A stretch of 64,000 nt of DNA from an uncultured Leptospira sp. (GTDB lineage Bacteria; Spirochaetota; UBA4802; UB4802): positions 61,190 through 125,189 of the forward strand of contig CAZDWJ010000008.1 in NCBI GenBank assembly GCA_964509195.1, read 5' to 3'. Positions 19,129 through 29,616 of the stretch are shown piece after piece. The position numbers and the translations under genes were made by a program. The notes beneath the pieces are model-generated. The model was not told the DNA's origin and did no database searches. It saw only the letters and a program-made list of their open reading frames with translations. How positions within the stretch are numbered: position 1 is the stretch's first letter; each line of letters begins with the position of its first letter.

Positions 19129-19212
19129 CTATAAAATTTTTATCCAAACAACTTTCTAAACAGCCCTTTAAAGGGGAGGTTATAGAATAATTCCTAGTTC
19201 AGGAAAAAACAT

Positions 19213-20190
19213 TCACTTCTTAGCTAGATCGCTAAGAAATACAGTAATAGCTTTTTCTGCTTTGCCCCAGTCAGATTTGACATATTTTGATAACAGGACA
19301 TGATCCCCATTTTCAATTGCAACTTTTCTGCTTAAAGAATGGGGATTTCCATTGTTAAATGTATCGTAAGCCTTCAGCATTGCCTCAACCTGGGCAGAAC
19401 CGTCTTTGTGTTTGTCATCTTTATAATAATAGAGTAGGAGTACAGGACATGAAACTTTTTTGTAAATATCATCATTAGCAATTAGATCTCCAAGATCTAG
19501 CAATGAATGAAGTGATGCCCAGTAATTTTTTTGATACCAGTACATAGTCCAATTATCTTTAGGATCATCATACGGATCATGTCGTTCACGGTAGGTAGTA
19601 AATAGTAACACGGTTTTAAAAAAAGGCCTGAAAAACAGGGCATTCCCTACTGGATTTGCAAAGCGGTAGAATGGTGATACCAGTACAATAGCATCAGGTA
19701 TATCTGGATGCTCTGCGGCAATATAGGTTGCGATGCCTCCCCCCATACTTGTGCCAATGATTACCAGCTTATCTCCCAAAAGTTTTGTCATCTGTGCAGC
19801 TTCTATAGCAGTGTCAAGAAGCTGGTAGTATTCTGTGTTTTTATGATCATCCATGGTGGTACCATGGCCGGGCAATCGCAAATAGTAAGTATTATATTTT
19901 AATTTTTTGGCGATAGTATCTATCACAAATTGGCCCTCACCACGGGAAGCACCATAACCGTGAATGTAGAGCATTGCTATTTTTGTTTTGGGAGCAAACT
20001 TTAAAAGTTTTTCCTCATTGTTAGGTCGAACTCCTTTTTCTTTACTTTCTTTGAGTTTTAATGTGTAATATTCATCAAATGTAGCAGGAAGTTTTTTTTG
20101 ATTGTATGTATAGGTTATATGTGATTGATACGCATCAACTGCAATGAGTGCAGCAATTACAATAGCAAGTCCTATTAATATTTTTTTCAT
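19213..20190 (-). CDS. alpha/beta hydrolase (lipase/esterase-like), secreted or membrane-anchored
   Basis: 325 aa. It has an N-terminal hydrophobic segment, the nucleophile elbow GTSMGG (GxSxG), and a C-terminal GDH. Confidence 0.75.
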   Translation of the reverse strand: MKKILIGLAIVIAALIAVDAYQSHITYTYNQKKLPATFDEYYTLKLKESKEKGVRPNNEEKLLKFAPKTKIAMLYIHGYGASRGEGQFVIDTIAKKLKYNTYYLRLPGHGTTMDDHKNTEYYQLLDTAIEAAQMTKLLGDKLVIIGTSMGGGIATYIAAEHPDIPDAIVLVSPFYRFANPVGNALFFRPFFKTVLLFTTYRERHDPYDDPKDNWTMYWYQKNYWASLHSLLDLGDLIANDDIYKKVSCPVLLLYYYKDDKHKDGSAQVEAMLKAYDTFNNGNPHSLSRKVAIENGDHVLLSKYVKSDWGKAEKAITVFLSDLAKK

Positions 20191-20288
20191 ATGGGTCCTC
20201 CTAAGATAATTATTCGATATCGATAAAATAATAAGATATTGAACAGATTAAGTAAAGAAATTTTTAAAAATTTTTTCTTTTTACTATC

Positions 20289-21482
20289 TTAAAACGCCAC
20301 AGCTGTTTTAATGGCTTTATGTAATCCTTTGTTGCTATTTACCTCAATCATTTCTCTGTACAGTTCAATACTGAATGTATGGGTTACCATAGATTCAATA
20401 TCAGGCATTTTTTTCATAAGCTCAATGGCTTTTTCAAAGATATGTTTTTGTTTTCCTGCTTCCTTTACGTAGCCATATCCATATACGCCTTTGACAGTAA
20501 TAAGTTTTAACCACAGCGGTGTTGGATCAAAAGAAAGCTTGGCAGTGATACCAACAAGGCTTACTGTACCCCCGGCACGTGTAATATTTATGGCTTTAGC
20601 AAAAGTTTTTGTTGAGCCAACCGTGTCAAATACTTTATCAAAACCACCTTGCATGATATGTGGACCCATCATGGGTTTATATATTTTTCCTTTTGTAAGT
20701 TCAACTATCTGCGTTTCATTATCTATCACTGTATTTGCCCCGTATTCTAATGCCTTTTCTCTGTGGAATAAAGAAGGCTCCATAATCGCTATGGTAGATC
20801 TAATATTTAATGCTCTCAGTGCTCGAATGAGCATAAGTCCAATAACACCGCAGCCAATGATACATATGCGGTCAGAATTTTGTGGTTTATTATCATAGAT
20901 TGCCTGCAGAGCCACACTTAATGGCTCAGTAAGCACTGCTGCTTTATCGCTGATTGTAGCAGAAACTACAAAAAGCTGTGCGCGGTGTGCAGGCAGATAC
21001 TGCGCAAAGCCGCCGTTGACTTCTTTACAAATTCCAGTAAACATCCCTGGGGCAATACTGCCTTTAGCAAAGTTTTCGCAGTTTGCAGGCCTGCCATTTT
21101 TACACGCCTGGCATAGCGGTTGCTGTCGCACAACACAGGAAAGCATGGGATTTACTACCACACGCTGCCCTTTTTTTAAACCGGTGCCTCCTGGCTCTTC
21201 AATAGTACCACACACCTCATGACCAATCACGCATGGAAATGATGTAAATGGTGAGGCCATGGGCGAGTCATGAAGCTGTATCAGGTTATAATCACTTCCA
21301 CAAAAGCCACAATAGGTGACTTTAACAATGGCCCAGTTTGTATCAAGAGGCTTTGGTGCAGGAATATCTACAAGTTTGAGTGTGCCAAGTTGGCTTTTAT
21401 AGAACACAGATTTTGAAAATGCACCAAGTGTTTTGAGCGCTATCCATTGTGGGACAGTTACATTGAATTGCAGTGCTTTCAT
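20289..21482 (-). CDS. zinc-dependent alcohol dehydrogenase (MDR family)
   Basis: It has CGFCGSDYN and GHEVCG zinc motifs and GCGVIG Rossmann glycines. The first ATG is at 21482, 13 nt after the upstream stop. The track start at 21503 is TTG. Confidence 0.8.
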   Translation of the reverse strand: MKALQFNVTVPQWIALKTLGAFSKSVFYKSQLGTLKLVDIPAPKPLDTNWAIVKVTYCGFCGSDYNLIQLHDSPMASPFTSFPCVIGHEVCGTIEEPGGTGLKKGQRVVVNPMLSCVVRQQPLCQACKNGRPANCENFAKGSIAPGMFTGICKEVNGGFAQYLPAHRAQLFVVSATISDKAAVLTEPLSVALQAIYDNKPQNSDRICIIGCGVIGLMLIRALRALNIRSTIAIMEPSLFHREKALEYGANTVIDNETQIVELTKGKIYKPMMGPHIMQGGFDKVFDTVGSTKTFAKAINITRAGGTVSLVGITAKLSFDPTPLWLKLITVKGVYGYGYVKEAGKQKHIFEKAIELMKKMPDIESMVTHTFSIELYREMIEVNSNKGLHKAIKTAVAF

Positions 21483-21495
21483 ATTTTCACATTCA

Positions 21496-23151
21496 TCAAT
21501 CAAATTTCAGCGACTGATAAAAAAGTGGCGTTGCCGGGCTTGTCACTGTCGGATCTGTTAAGACATTTACACATGCTGGTTTGCCGCTTTCCTTTGCACG
21601 GATGAGCGCTGGTGCTATCGCCTCATCCTTATCAACAAATTCGCCATAACAACCCATTCCTTCTACAACCTTTTCGTAGCGGCGAATGCCAAGCTCAGCA
21701 CAGGTCACGCGCTCTTTGCCAATTGAAAGCTCCTGGCTGTGTTTGATCATGCCCCACGCACAGTCATTGTTCACAATGCAGGTAAATGGGATATTATGGC
21801 GCACCGCTGTGTCAAATTCAAATCCGTTAAATCCAAATGAGCCATCGCCTGATAGTACCACCACCTGCTTATTCGGATGAATTAGCTTTGCAGCAATGCC
21901 AAAGGGCACCCCCGCACCAAGGCATCCAAGAAGTCCTGCCGATTGTGATATAACACCTGCTTTGTGTTTAGATTGAAATCCTACCAGGCCAAAGTATGTG
22001 GTATCACCACCATCTACCACATACAGAGCGTCGGTGCCAAACACTTCCTGAATCTTTGCAACCAGCCTGATTGGATGAATTGGATCAGAGGAATTCTGTC
22101 TAAGTTTTATTTCACTGTCAATAAATGCGTATCCTGCCTGAGTCAGCATATCAAGCCACTGTGTATGATCTTTTTGTTCAACAAGTGGCAGTAATGCTTT
22201 GAGTGCTGCGCCTGCATCGCCGTAAAGTCCCACATCAGCTTTTCGGTTGCGGTTGATCTCAGTTGGTTCAATGTCAATGCGTATAACTTTTGTGGTTGGC
22301 GGAATTATTGCCCCCGACTGAAAGAGCCAGTTGAAGCGGATACCGGTCGCAACAATGACATCAGCCTGTGATAGTGTCATCATGAGTCCTACGTTGCCAA
22401 TATTCCATATTGATTGGGGATGATTATCAGGAAGCACTCCGCGTCCACCATTGAGCAAAATAAACGGTATGCCGGTTTTTTCTACAAAAGCCTGTAGTTC
22501 CAGCGCACAGTTGCTATATCCTATACCTGAGCCACCAATAAAAAGTGGCTTTTTAGCAGTGTTGATAATATCAGCAGCTGTGTAAAGGCCTGCCATATCT
22601 GGCACAGGCTTGCAATTATCATAACTTATCTCAAATTCAAAATCATCAACCGACCTGCCCAACACATCTGGCGGCAGTTCTAAAAATACTGGACCTGGCC
22701 TGCCACATGTTGCGTGTCTAAATGCTAAGTCTAAATATTCTGGAATGCGCTTTGTATCATAACAGGTAGCGCACCATTTCACAATGGGCTTTACCACATC
22801 AACCTGATTCATCTCCTGCAGTGCGCCTTTGTGGTCATCACGCAGTGGATGACGTCCGCACAGCACCACAACTGGTGCATTATCTAAATACGCATTTGCA
22901 ATGCCGGTAATGCCGTTGGTAAAACCTGGACCTGCGGTTAGAAAACATACTCCGGGATTTCCGGTATACACTGCCACAGCATGCGCCATCATCACTGCAG
23001 CTTGTTCATGGCGTACATCAATCGACCTTATACCATACTGCTGCAACCCGTCTAACAGCGCTTCAATATGCCCACCTGATATGCCAAATGCAAATTGCAC
23101 ATCACGCTTTGACAAATACTTCCCTATCAAATGGCCACCATTTATAGCCAT
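21496..23151 (-). CDS. thiamine pyrophosphate-dependent enzyme (oxalyl-CoA decarboxylase / 2-hydroxyacyl-CoA lyase / acetolactate synthase superfamily)
   Basis: 551 aa. The TPP motif is GDGSFGF..(x)..NNDCAWG. The middle region, RFNWLFQSG...IRIDIEPTEINRNR, resembles OXC/HACL-type members from memory. It has a strong GGAGGA SD. No small regulatory subunit is adjacent. Confidence 0.75.
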   Translation of the reverse strand: MAINGGHLIGKYLSKRDVQFAFGISGGHIEALLDGLQQYGIRSIDVRHEQAAVMMAHAVAVYTGNPGVCFLTAGPGFTNGITGIANAYLDNAPVVVLCGRHPLRDDHKGALQEMNQVDVVKPIVKWCATCYDTKRIPEYLDLAFRHATCGRPGPVFLELPPDVLGRSVDDFEFEISYDNCKPVPDMAGLYTAADIINTAKKPLFIGGSGIGYSNCALELQAFVEKTGIPFILLNGGRGVLPDNHPQSIWNIGNVGLMMTLSQADVIVATGIRFNWLFQSGAIIPPTTKVIRIDIEPTEINRNRKADVGLYGDAGAALKALLPLVEQKDHTQWLDMLTQAGYAFIDSEIKLRQNSSDPIHPIRLVAKIQEVFGTDALYVVDGGDTTYFGLVGFQSKHKAGVISQSAGLLGCLGAGVPFGIAAKLIHPNKQVVVLSGDGSFGFNGFEFDTAVRHNIPFTCIVNNDCAWGMIKHSQELSIGKERVTCAELGIRRYEKVVEGMGCYGEFVDKDEAIAPALIRAKESGKPACVNVLTDPTVTSPATPLFYQSLKFD

Positions 23152-23163
23152 AATTCCTCCTGT

Positions 23164-23529
23164 TTATTTTTTGTTTTTATTAAGGGCGATAGTTACTGCA
23201 TCATTAAACCACTGTATAAAAAAAGCCATTCCCTCAACATGAAGGTTGCCTGCTGCTGCCGCATAAAACGATGCTTCTTGAGTTCCATCTTTCAACACAT
23301 TGAATGCGGTTTTTGCATCTGAAAACACCAGCGCAGCATCATAGTGTGCAAGACGCCGCGTTGAAGAGACCACCCCTTTGTTGAAAATGAATGTGCGGCC
23401 TTTGTTGTTTTTTGTTTTTATTGCAATTTTAACATTTACTGTTCCAATGTAGCGCTTAAATGCATTATTGTATTTTGATGCAAATTTTAAGGCCAGTCCC
23501 AGTATGCGAAGTAAGAGAGCGAACCTCAT
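23164..23529 (-). CDS. small SCP2/sterol-carrier-like protein (tentative)
   Basis: 121 aa and first gene of the operon. The pattern KGRTFIFNKGVVSS...ALVFSDAKTAFNVL...NLHVEGMAFFIQWF resembles SCP2-type lipid-binding domains. This is a weak call made by eye. Confidence 0.35.
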   Translation of the reverse strand: MRFALLLRILGLALKFASKYNNAFKRYIGTVNVKIAIKTKNNKGRTFIFNKGVVSSTRRLAHYDAALVFSDAKTAFNVLKDGTQEASFYAAAAGNLHVEGMAFFIQWFNDAVTIALNKNKK

Positions 23530-23711
23530 TGTACTATCCTTTTATATTTTAAAAATGACAAATACACCTGCAAATGTATAATGAGTTTTGCTATTTTGTA
23601 AATTATTTTTTTTACATATGCTGAAAAAATATGCTTGCGATAAATGCATTTATAGTGTATTATATGTAGAATCTGGAAAAAGCATATAACGCACATAAGA
23701 GGTGATTGACC

Positions 23712-24059
23712 ATGCTTACTGTTTCGGTTAACCAGCTAGGAGATGTTGTAGTAATTGATATAGCAGGTGAGTTTGATATTGATGTAATACGGGATGTAGA
23801 GCAAGCATGGAGCCAGGCATTGAGCAAAAATCCAAAAGTAATAGGATTCAATTGCCTGGAATTAAAATTTATTGATTCATCAGCATTAGGCACTCTGGTT
23901 AAATTTATGAATAGTGCAACAAATAGAAAAATAACATTTACTCTTTTTAATATTTCACCACCAATTGCAACAATTTTTAAAACATCAAAACTGGATAAAT
24001 TTTTCTCAATTAATTCAAAAGAGGATTTTGAGAATAAATATCTTTCTATAAGCAAATAA
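23712..24059 (+). CDS. STAS domain anti-sigma-factor antagonist
   Basis: About 115 aa. It reads VVVIDIAGEFD...LKFIDSSALGTLV (conserved phosphorylatable Ser context). A GAGGTG SD lies 7 nt before the ATG at 23712. Confidence 0.8.
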   Translation: MLTVSVNQLGDVVVIDIAGEFDIDVIRDVEQAWSQALSKNPKVIGFNCLELKFIDSSALGTLVKFMNSATNRKITFTLFNISPPIATIFKTSKLDKFFSINSKEDFENKYLSISK

Positions 24060-24313
24060 CGGGAATGCAAATTAAGTAAAAAACTTGCAAAATAAACCTA
24101 CCATTTTAGAAATATCTTTGTATGACACAATTTTCATTTAGCGCTATTACTCCCGCTAAAGAGTCAGTCATTTTATGGATACATCAAAAACTGCTTTCAT
24201 TCTGACTTTTAAAATTAAAGAAAGCAATTTTTGCATTTATATGTGTCCATACGGGAACATTCTTAAAATTATTTTTTAGAAGTTCCATTATAATATAAAA
24301 TGGAGGATAGATA

Positions 24314-25510
24314 ATGGCAGACAATGATGTTGTAGTTGTATCGGCATGCAGAACACCAATTGGGAGTTTTGGACAATCGCTTAAGGATGTAAAAGCGTAT
24401 GAGCTTGCTGCACTGGTAATGAAAGAAGCATTACAGCGTGCAGGTATTGAAGGTAGTGCGCTGTCAGATGTTATCTTTGGTAATTGCTTAATGGGATCTG
24501 ATGAGGCTAATGTGGCACGCACTGCTGCATTAAAAGCTGGTATACCTGTAGAGGTGCCTGCAACATCGGTGCAGCGACAGTGTGCTTCAGGTATGACTGC
24601 AGTGGTATTTGGCTCTCAGCAGCTTATTGCAGGGGATTCTGATATTGTACTGGTTGGAGGCGTTGAGTCAATGTCAAATGCTCCCTATGTGTTATGGAAA
24701 GCACGATGGGGACTTCGGCTTACACATTCTGAACTTACCGATGCTATGTGGGAATTGCTCCATTCCGGAAGCGGGCTTTTAGGTGAGCCCTATATTATGG
24801 GACAGACTGCTGAAAATCTGGCGGAAAAATATACTATATCACGTGAAGAACAGGATCAGGTAGCGTATGAAAGCCATAAAAAGGCAGCTGCAGCTATTGA
24901 TTCAGGAAGATTTAAGGATGAGATAGTTCCTGTCCCCATACCGCAGAAAAAAGGGGAACCTAAACTATTTGAAAACGATGAACATGTACGCCGTGATGTA
25001 ACACTGGAGAGCCTGGCAGCATTAAAACCCGCCTTTAAAAAGAATGGCACGGTGACAGCAGGCAATGCATCAGGAATTAATGATGGCGCTGCTGCACTGG
25101 TACTTACCACAGCCAAACGCGCACAGGAGTTGGGAGTAAAACCGTTAGCGCGTATTGCTGCAAATGCTTTTGCAGGTGTAGAGCCACATCTTATGGGATA
25201 TGGCCCTGTACCGGCAGTGACAAAGCTTCTTAAAAAAACCGGAAAAAAATTAGATGACATAAACCTGATTGAACTCAATGAAGCATTTGCTGCGCAGTAT
25301 CTTGCCTGTGAGAAGGGATTAGGGCTTGACCGCAGCAAAGTGAATGTGAACGGTTCGGGCATTGCGCTGGGGCATCCTGTTGGATGTACCGGTGCACGAA
25401 TAATTGTTTCGCTCATATATGAACTAAAGAAGCGCAATGCTCAATGGGGGATTGCAACTTTGTGTGTTGGCGGAGGAATGGGCGGTGCAGTACTTGTAGA
25501 GAATATATAG
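24314..25510 (+). CDS. acetyl-CoA C-acetyltransferase (thiolase II)
   Basis: 398 aa. It has the active-site Cys in VQRQCASGM, then NVNGSGIALGHPVGCTGARI and CVGGGMGGA. Confidence 0.9.
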   Translation: MADNDVVVVSACRTPIGSFGQSLKDVKAYELAALVMKEALQRAGIEGSALSDVIFGNCLMGSDEANVARTAALKAGIPVEVPATSVQRQCASGMTAVVFGSQQLIAGDSDIVLVGGVESMSNAPYVLWKARWGLRLTHSELTDAMWELLHSGSGLLGEPYIMGQTAENLAEKYTISREEQDQVAYESHKKAAAAIDSGRFKDEIVPVPIPQKKGEPKLFENDEHVRRDVTLESLAALKPAFKKNGTVTAGNASGINDGAAALVLTTAKRAQELGVKPLARIAANAFAGVEPHLMGYGPVPAVTKLLKKTGKKLDDINLIELNEAFAAQYLACEKGLGLDRSKVNVNGSGIALGHPVGCTGARIIVSLIYELKKRNAQWGIATLCVGGGMGGAVLVENI

Positions 25511-25569
25511 TTTGCTCCTTATGCTAGATTTGCTAATAGTACCAAACTCTATTTAGCAAAGAGCAAAAC

Positions 25570-25608
25570 ATTCACAGGGTGGTTATACACCCTGTGAATG
25601 GTATTTTT
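25570..25608 (+). terminator. intrinsic terminator of the thiolase gene
   Basis: Perfect 12-bp stem ATTCACAGGGTG (25570..25581) / CACCCTGTGAAT (25588..25599), followed by GGTATTTTT. Confidence 0.8.
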
Positions 25609-25735
25609 CCGGCAATGATTGAGGGTAACTATCGCCAAAACTGCCATAAAAAACTGAAAATATATAAAAGAATGATACATTTTTTACTATCATAATCCCG
25701 TATAATCAAAACCATTTATGTAAAAGGATACTGTT

Positions 25736-26995
25736 ATGGGCATGACAATTACTGAAAAAATATTAGCTGCACATGCCGGGAAGGAATATGTTGAGCCAGG
25801 CGAACTGATTGAAGCTAAAGTTGATCTTGTATTGGGAAATGATATTACTGCTCCTATAGCAATAAAAGAATTTGAAGAGTTAGGAATTGATAAAGTTTTT
25901 GATAATGAAAAAATAGCACTCATCCCTGACCACTTTACTCCCAATAAAGATATTAAATCTGCTGAGCAGGTTAAAATATTACGGGAATTTGCAAGAAAAT
26001 ACAGTATCATCCATTTTTATGATGTAGGAAGAGTGGGCGTTGAGCATGCACTGCTGCCTGAACTTGGCCTGGTACGGCCAGGTATGTGTATTATTGGTGC
26101 TGATTCGCATACGTGTACCTATGGCGCATTTGGTGCGTTTTCAACCGGTGTTGGCTCAACCGATATGGCTGCTGCAATGGCAACCGGCAAAACCTGGTTT
26201 AAGGTGCCTGAGTCAATCAAATTTGTTGTGTATGGAAAACTGCAACCGTATGTTTCGGCAAAGGATATCATTTTGCATATTATTGGCAGCATTGGCGTTG
26301 ATGGTGCTTTATATAAATCTATGGAATTTACCGGTGAGACAATCCATGAGCTATCAATGGAAGGCAGGATGACCATTGCCAATATGGCGATAGAAGCTGG
26401 TGCTAAAAATGGTATTTTTGCGCCTGATGGTAAGACTATTGAGTATATAAAAAGTCGTACAGGACTGCCGTATACGCTATATTACAGTGATGAAAATGCA
26501 CGATACAGCGATGTAAAAGAATACGATGCATCCACAATAGAACCAACAGTATCATTCCCCCATCTGCCAGAAAATACAAAACCTGCGCGCGAGTCAGGAG
26601 TACCAATTGACCAGGTGGTTATTGGCTCATGTACCAATGGACGTATAGAGGATTTACGGGTGGCAGCTAAGATTCTGAAAGGGCGAAAAGTCCATAAAGA
26701 TGTGCGTTTGCTCATCATCCCTGCTACTCAGGAAGTGTATCGCAAAGCGTTAGAAGAAGGATTGATTGATATCTTTATTGAAGCCGAAGCCGCTGTGTCA
26801 GCTCCTACCTGCGGTCCCTGTCTGGGTGGTCATATGGGAATTTTAGCTGAAGGTGAACGGTGTGTAGCTACAACCAACAGAAACTTTGTTGGCAGAATGG
26901 GTCATCCAAAAAGCGAAGTGTATCTGGCAAGCCCTGCGGTGGCGGCAGCATCTGCGATTTTAGGAAGGATTGCTCATCCAGATGAAGTGAAGTAA
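25736..26995 (+). CDS. leuC: aconitase-family dehydratase large subunit (3-isopropylmalate dehydratase / homoaconitase type)
   Basis: 419 aa. It has the Fe-S ligand contexts [20 protein letters not shown] and [10 protein letters not shown]. The substrate cannot be decided, and no leuA or leuB is nearby. Confidence 0.8.
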   Translation: MGMTITEKILAAHAGKEYVEPGELIEAKVDLVLGNDITAPIAIKEFEELGIDKVFDNEKIALIPDHFTPNKDIKSAEQVKILREFARKYSIIHFYDVGRVGVEHALLPELGLVRPGMCIIGADSHTCTYGAFGAFSTGVGSTDMAAAMATGKTWFKVPESIKFVVYGKLQPYVSAKDIILHIIGSIGVDGALYKSMEFTGETIHELSMEGRMTIANMAIEAGAKNGIFAPDGKTIEYIKSRTGLPYTLYYSDENARYSDVKEYDASTIEPTVSFPHLPENTKPARESGVPIDQVVIGSCTNGRIEDLRVAAKILKGRKVHKDVRLLIIPATQEVYRKALEEGLIDIFIEAEAAVSAPTCGPCLGGHMGILAEGERCVATTNRNFVGRMGHPKSEVYLASPAVAAASAILGRIAHPDEVK

Positions 26996-27032
26996 AAAGA
27001 GCTATCGCCAAAAAATAACGATGAGGTATAGT

Positions 27033-27527
27033 ATGAAGGCATACGGAAAAGTATGGAAATTTGGCAACGATGTAAATACCGATGAGATAATACCTGCACG
27101 ATATCTTAACACATCAGATCCTGATGAGCTTGCACAGCACTGCATGGAAGATGCTGATCCTGAATTTATGAAAAAGGCTAAGGCTGGTGATATTATCGTT
27201 GCTGGGAAAAATTTTGGGTGTGGCTCTTCACGTGAGCATGCTCCCATTGCTATAAAAGCTGCAAAGATATCATGCGTTATTGCCGAGTCGTTTGCGCGCA
27301 TATTTTACCGAAACAGCATCAACATTGGGCTTCCCATCATTGAGTCAGAAGAAGCGGCACGTGACATAGCTGAAGGCGATGAGATTGAAATTGATTTTGA
27401 CTCAGGGGTTATTAAAAATATTACAAAGAACAAAGAATATAAAGCTAAACCATTTCCACCATTTATGCAGGATATTATTGCAAAAGGTGGGCTTATGGCC
27501 AAGGTTAAAGCTGAACTAAAAAAATAG
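27033..27527 (+). CDS. leuD: aconitase-family dehydratase small subunit
   Basis: About 165 aa. It has [21 protein letters not shown] precedes the ATG at 27033. The track start at 27021 is an upstream in-frame ATG. Confidence 0.8.
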   Translation: MKAYGKVWKFGNDVNTDEIIPARYLNTSDPDELAQHCMEDADPEFMKKAKAGDIIVAGKNFGCGSSREHAPIAIKAAKISCVIAESFARIFYRNSINIGLPIIESEEAARDIAEGDEIEIDFDSGVIKNITKNKEYKAKPFPPFMQDIIAKGGLMAKVKAELKK

Positions 27528-27528
27528 A

Positions 27529-29616
27529 TTACCGAACCTGCTTTATATTTTTGCCATCAAAGATATCTTTCCCTTGTGCTCTAAACGGGATTATATACCA
27601 TCTGCCTTTTTTATATTTTGCCAATTGAAGCAAAGCAGGGTTTGGTAAATCCTGTATAAAATTAGAACTGAATTCCAGTGATATGGCTACATCACTTTCA
27701 TCATGACGGTTGTACTGGCCATTCAATTTAAGTCGTATCTCAGGTGCATTAAATATAAATGAATTGATGGTGATGGCAGGACCGTTAAGATTAAAATTAC
27801 CATATATTTTTTGAAACTCTAAATTAGCTAGTTTATATTTTAAATCCTGAAGCCATACGCTAAGACCATTCTGTAAGCCAGTGTTAGCTAGTTTACCGTT
27901 TTCTACTGAAACCTCAATCTTTCCGTTTATTCTATCAATAATAGGATCTTTTGGTTCGATAGTTACCTGTAATTGGCCTGATACATTACCAAAAAGGCGA
28001 TTTTCATACTCTTTAAGATACGCACTGATATTCTGCAATCGTAAGTTATTATATTTAGCAACAAGTGTTATTTGCGGATTATCTTGTGAGAGTGTGATAA
28101 CACTTCTACCGGTGACATCTCCTCCAAAAACTCTGGCCGTAAATGATGGTAGCGCAATAATATTTTTTGACATTGTGTAATTGCAGTTAACTTTTTCTAT
28201 CACAAGCTGATCTTTATACAATTTTTGCAAAACCAGTTTGCCCGATAGTTCATAAGGGATGTTTATTTCTTTTTTTGATTTTGCAGGTTGTTCAGGTTTT
28301 TTGGTAAGTATTTTATCCAGGTCAACTTCATCTGCTTCAATGTTTATGGTAAACTTTTTTAGCGAAGAATCTACTGTTGATACTGATATGACACAGGGCA
28401 CAGAATATACTGTTACCTGTATGCCATCTTTCTGGAACTGGTTGTTTTTGACAATAAGGCTTGTTTCCTTTAAAGCTATAATAGCATCTTTTTGGCCTAT
28501 AGAAATATTTGATAGCGTTACATCGGCATCAATTACGTTATTTTTATATTCAAAATTTCCATTTATTTCGCCTGAAATATCGCTTACATCAATATTGCCA
28601 AGTAGTGGAGCTATCTCTCTGATTCTAATTGATGCGTCATTGACTTTGATATTTTTAATATCACCATCAAAGTTAAATAATAACTGGTTTACAACAAAGG
28701 TTGAATTTTCTATTTTTCCTTTTGCGTTGGCGATTGTTACTGTTTCTTTGTTGATATTCACGGTACAGAATAGATTGCTTACAAAAAGCATAGAATTGTT
28801 GCTAAGCTTGCAGCTCCCTGTTACAGTTCCCTGAACACTGTTTTTTGTTATCACCAGATTATGTATTGTTCCTGTGAATATGCGGTAGGGCAGTATGCTT
28901 TCAAGATTATTGCCCCAGCGATATACCCATATAAGGTCACAGTTGTGTAACGATACATTGCCATGAATGCTATAGTCTTTTGAAGTTTTAATTAAGCAAT
29001 CACCAGAGATTTTTCCTCTGTTTTGTGGAAGTATGATCGACAGGTTTTTCAATTCTATATCGTCATCATTCAGCTCTACATTGGTATCTATACTGTATGT
29101 GCCTTCCAGTGGCTCGAGTTCTTTTGGTGGGTTTTGCAGGATGACTGTTGTATTATTAAATAATAGTGATTTGATCTCAGTGGTTATAGTAGATTTTTCA
29201 GCTGATAATAGTTCTTTGATAAGCTTTTCAAGGTTAGATGTTGTAAGTTTGTTTTCAGTATAATAAAGTATATTGATAACAGCATCATTGAGTGAGATAT
29301 AATTGATAATAAATTGTTTTTGCAATAAAGGTGCAAGCTGAAACCTGATTGCGGCATCTTTTGAATGTGCAATAAATGGCTTATTTTCGTCTGTGTCAAA
29401 AATATATAATTCAGTTAATTGGACACCTTTAATACTGTAATCTATTGCTCCTATTTTTACAGGCCTATGTAAAGCATCCTGCAAGGTTTGCACAATTATA
29501 GATTTCAATGTTTCTTTTGGGAAGAAATAGGTAAACGCTGCTGCAAAGGCAACAATCAGTAAGATAACAATAGAAAGAACTATCGCACTGTATTTAACTA
29601 CTCTTGCTGGCTTCAC
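27529..29616 (-). CDS. AsmA family outer-membrane biogenesis protein
   Basis: 695 aa. It has an N-terminal TM anchor and a long beta-rich repetitive body. The position and size fit the AsmA/TamB-like family. Confidence 0.65.
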   Translation of the reverse strand: MKPARVVKYSAIVLSIVILLIVAFAAAFTYFFPKETLKSIIVQTLQDALHRPVKIGAIDYSIKGVQLTELYIFDTDENKPFIAHSKDAAIRFQLAPLLQKQFIINYISLNDAVINILYYTENKLTTSNLEKLIKELLSAEKSTITTEIKSLLFNNTTVILQNPPKELEPLEGTYSIDTNVELNDDDIELKNLSIILPQNRGKISGDCLIKTSKDYSIHGNVSLHNCDLIWVYRWGNNLESILPYRIFTGTIHNLVITKNSVQGTVTGSCKLSNNSMLFVSNLFCTVNINKETVTIANAKGKIENSTFVVNQLLFNFDGDIKNIKVNDASIRIREIAPLLGNIDVSDISGEINGNFEYKNNVIDADVTLSNISIGQKDAIIALKETSLIVKNNQFQKDGIQVTVYSVPCVISVSTVDSSLKKFTINIEADEVDLDKILTKKPEQPAKSKKEINIPYELSGKLVLQKLYKDQLVIEKVNCNYTMSKNIIALPSFTARVFGGDVTGRSVITLSQDNPQITLVAKYNNLRLQNISAYLKEYENRLFGNVSGQLQVTIEPKDPIIDRINGKIEVSVENGKLANTGLQNGLSVWLQDLKYKLANLEFQKIYGNFNLNGPAITINSFIFNAPEIRLKLNGQYNRHDESDVAISLEFSSNFIQDLPNPALLQLAKYKKGRWYIIPFRAQGKDIFDGKNIKQVR

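Noticed and set aside
20191-20288. TCGATATCGA palindrome in the 5' region of the alpha/beta hydrolase gene as a regulatory site
   Set aside because: It is a short 10-bp AT-rich palindrome with no second copy and no associated regulator, which is within chance expectation.
24856-25437. 193-aa ORF on the minus strand
   Set aside because: It lies entirely antisense within the well-supported thiolase gene. Its composition is low-complexity and Ser/Ala/Pro-rich, typical of a shadow ORF.
28259-28834. 191-aa ORF on the + strand (with its neighbours 27881..28180 and 29033..29263)
   Set aside because: It is antisense to the long AsmA-family gene, Ser/Phe/Leu-rich, and has no RBS. It is a shadow ORF.
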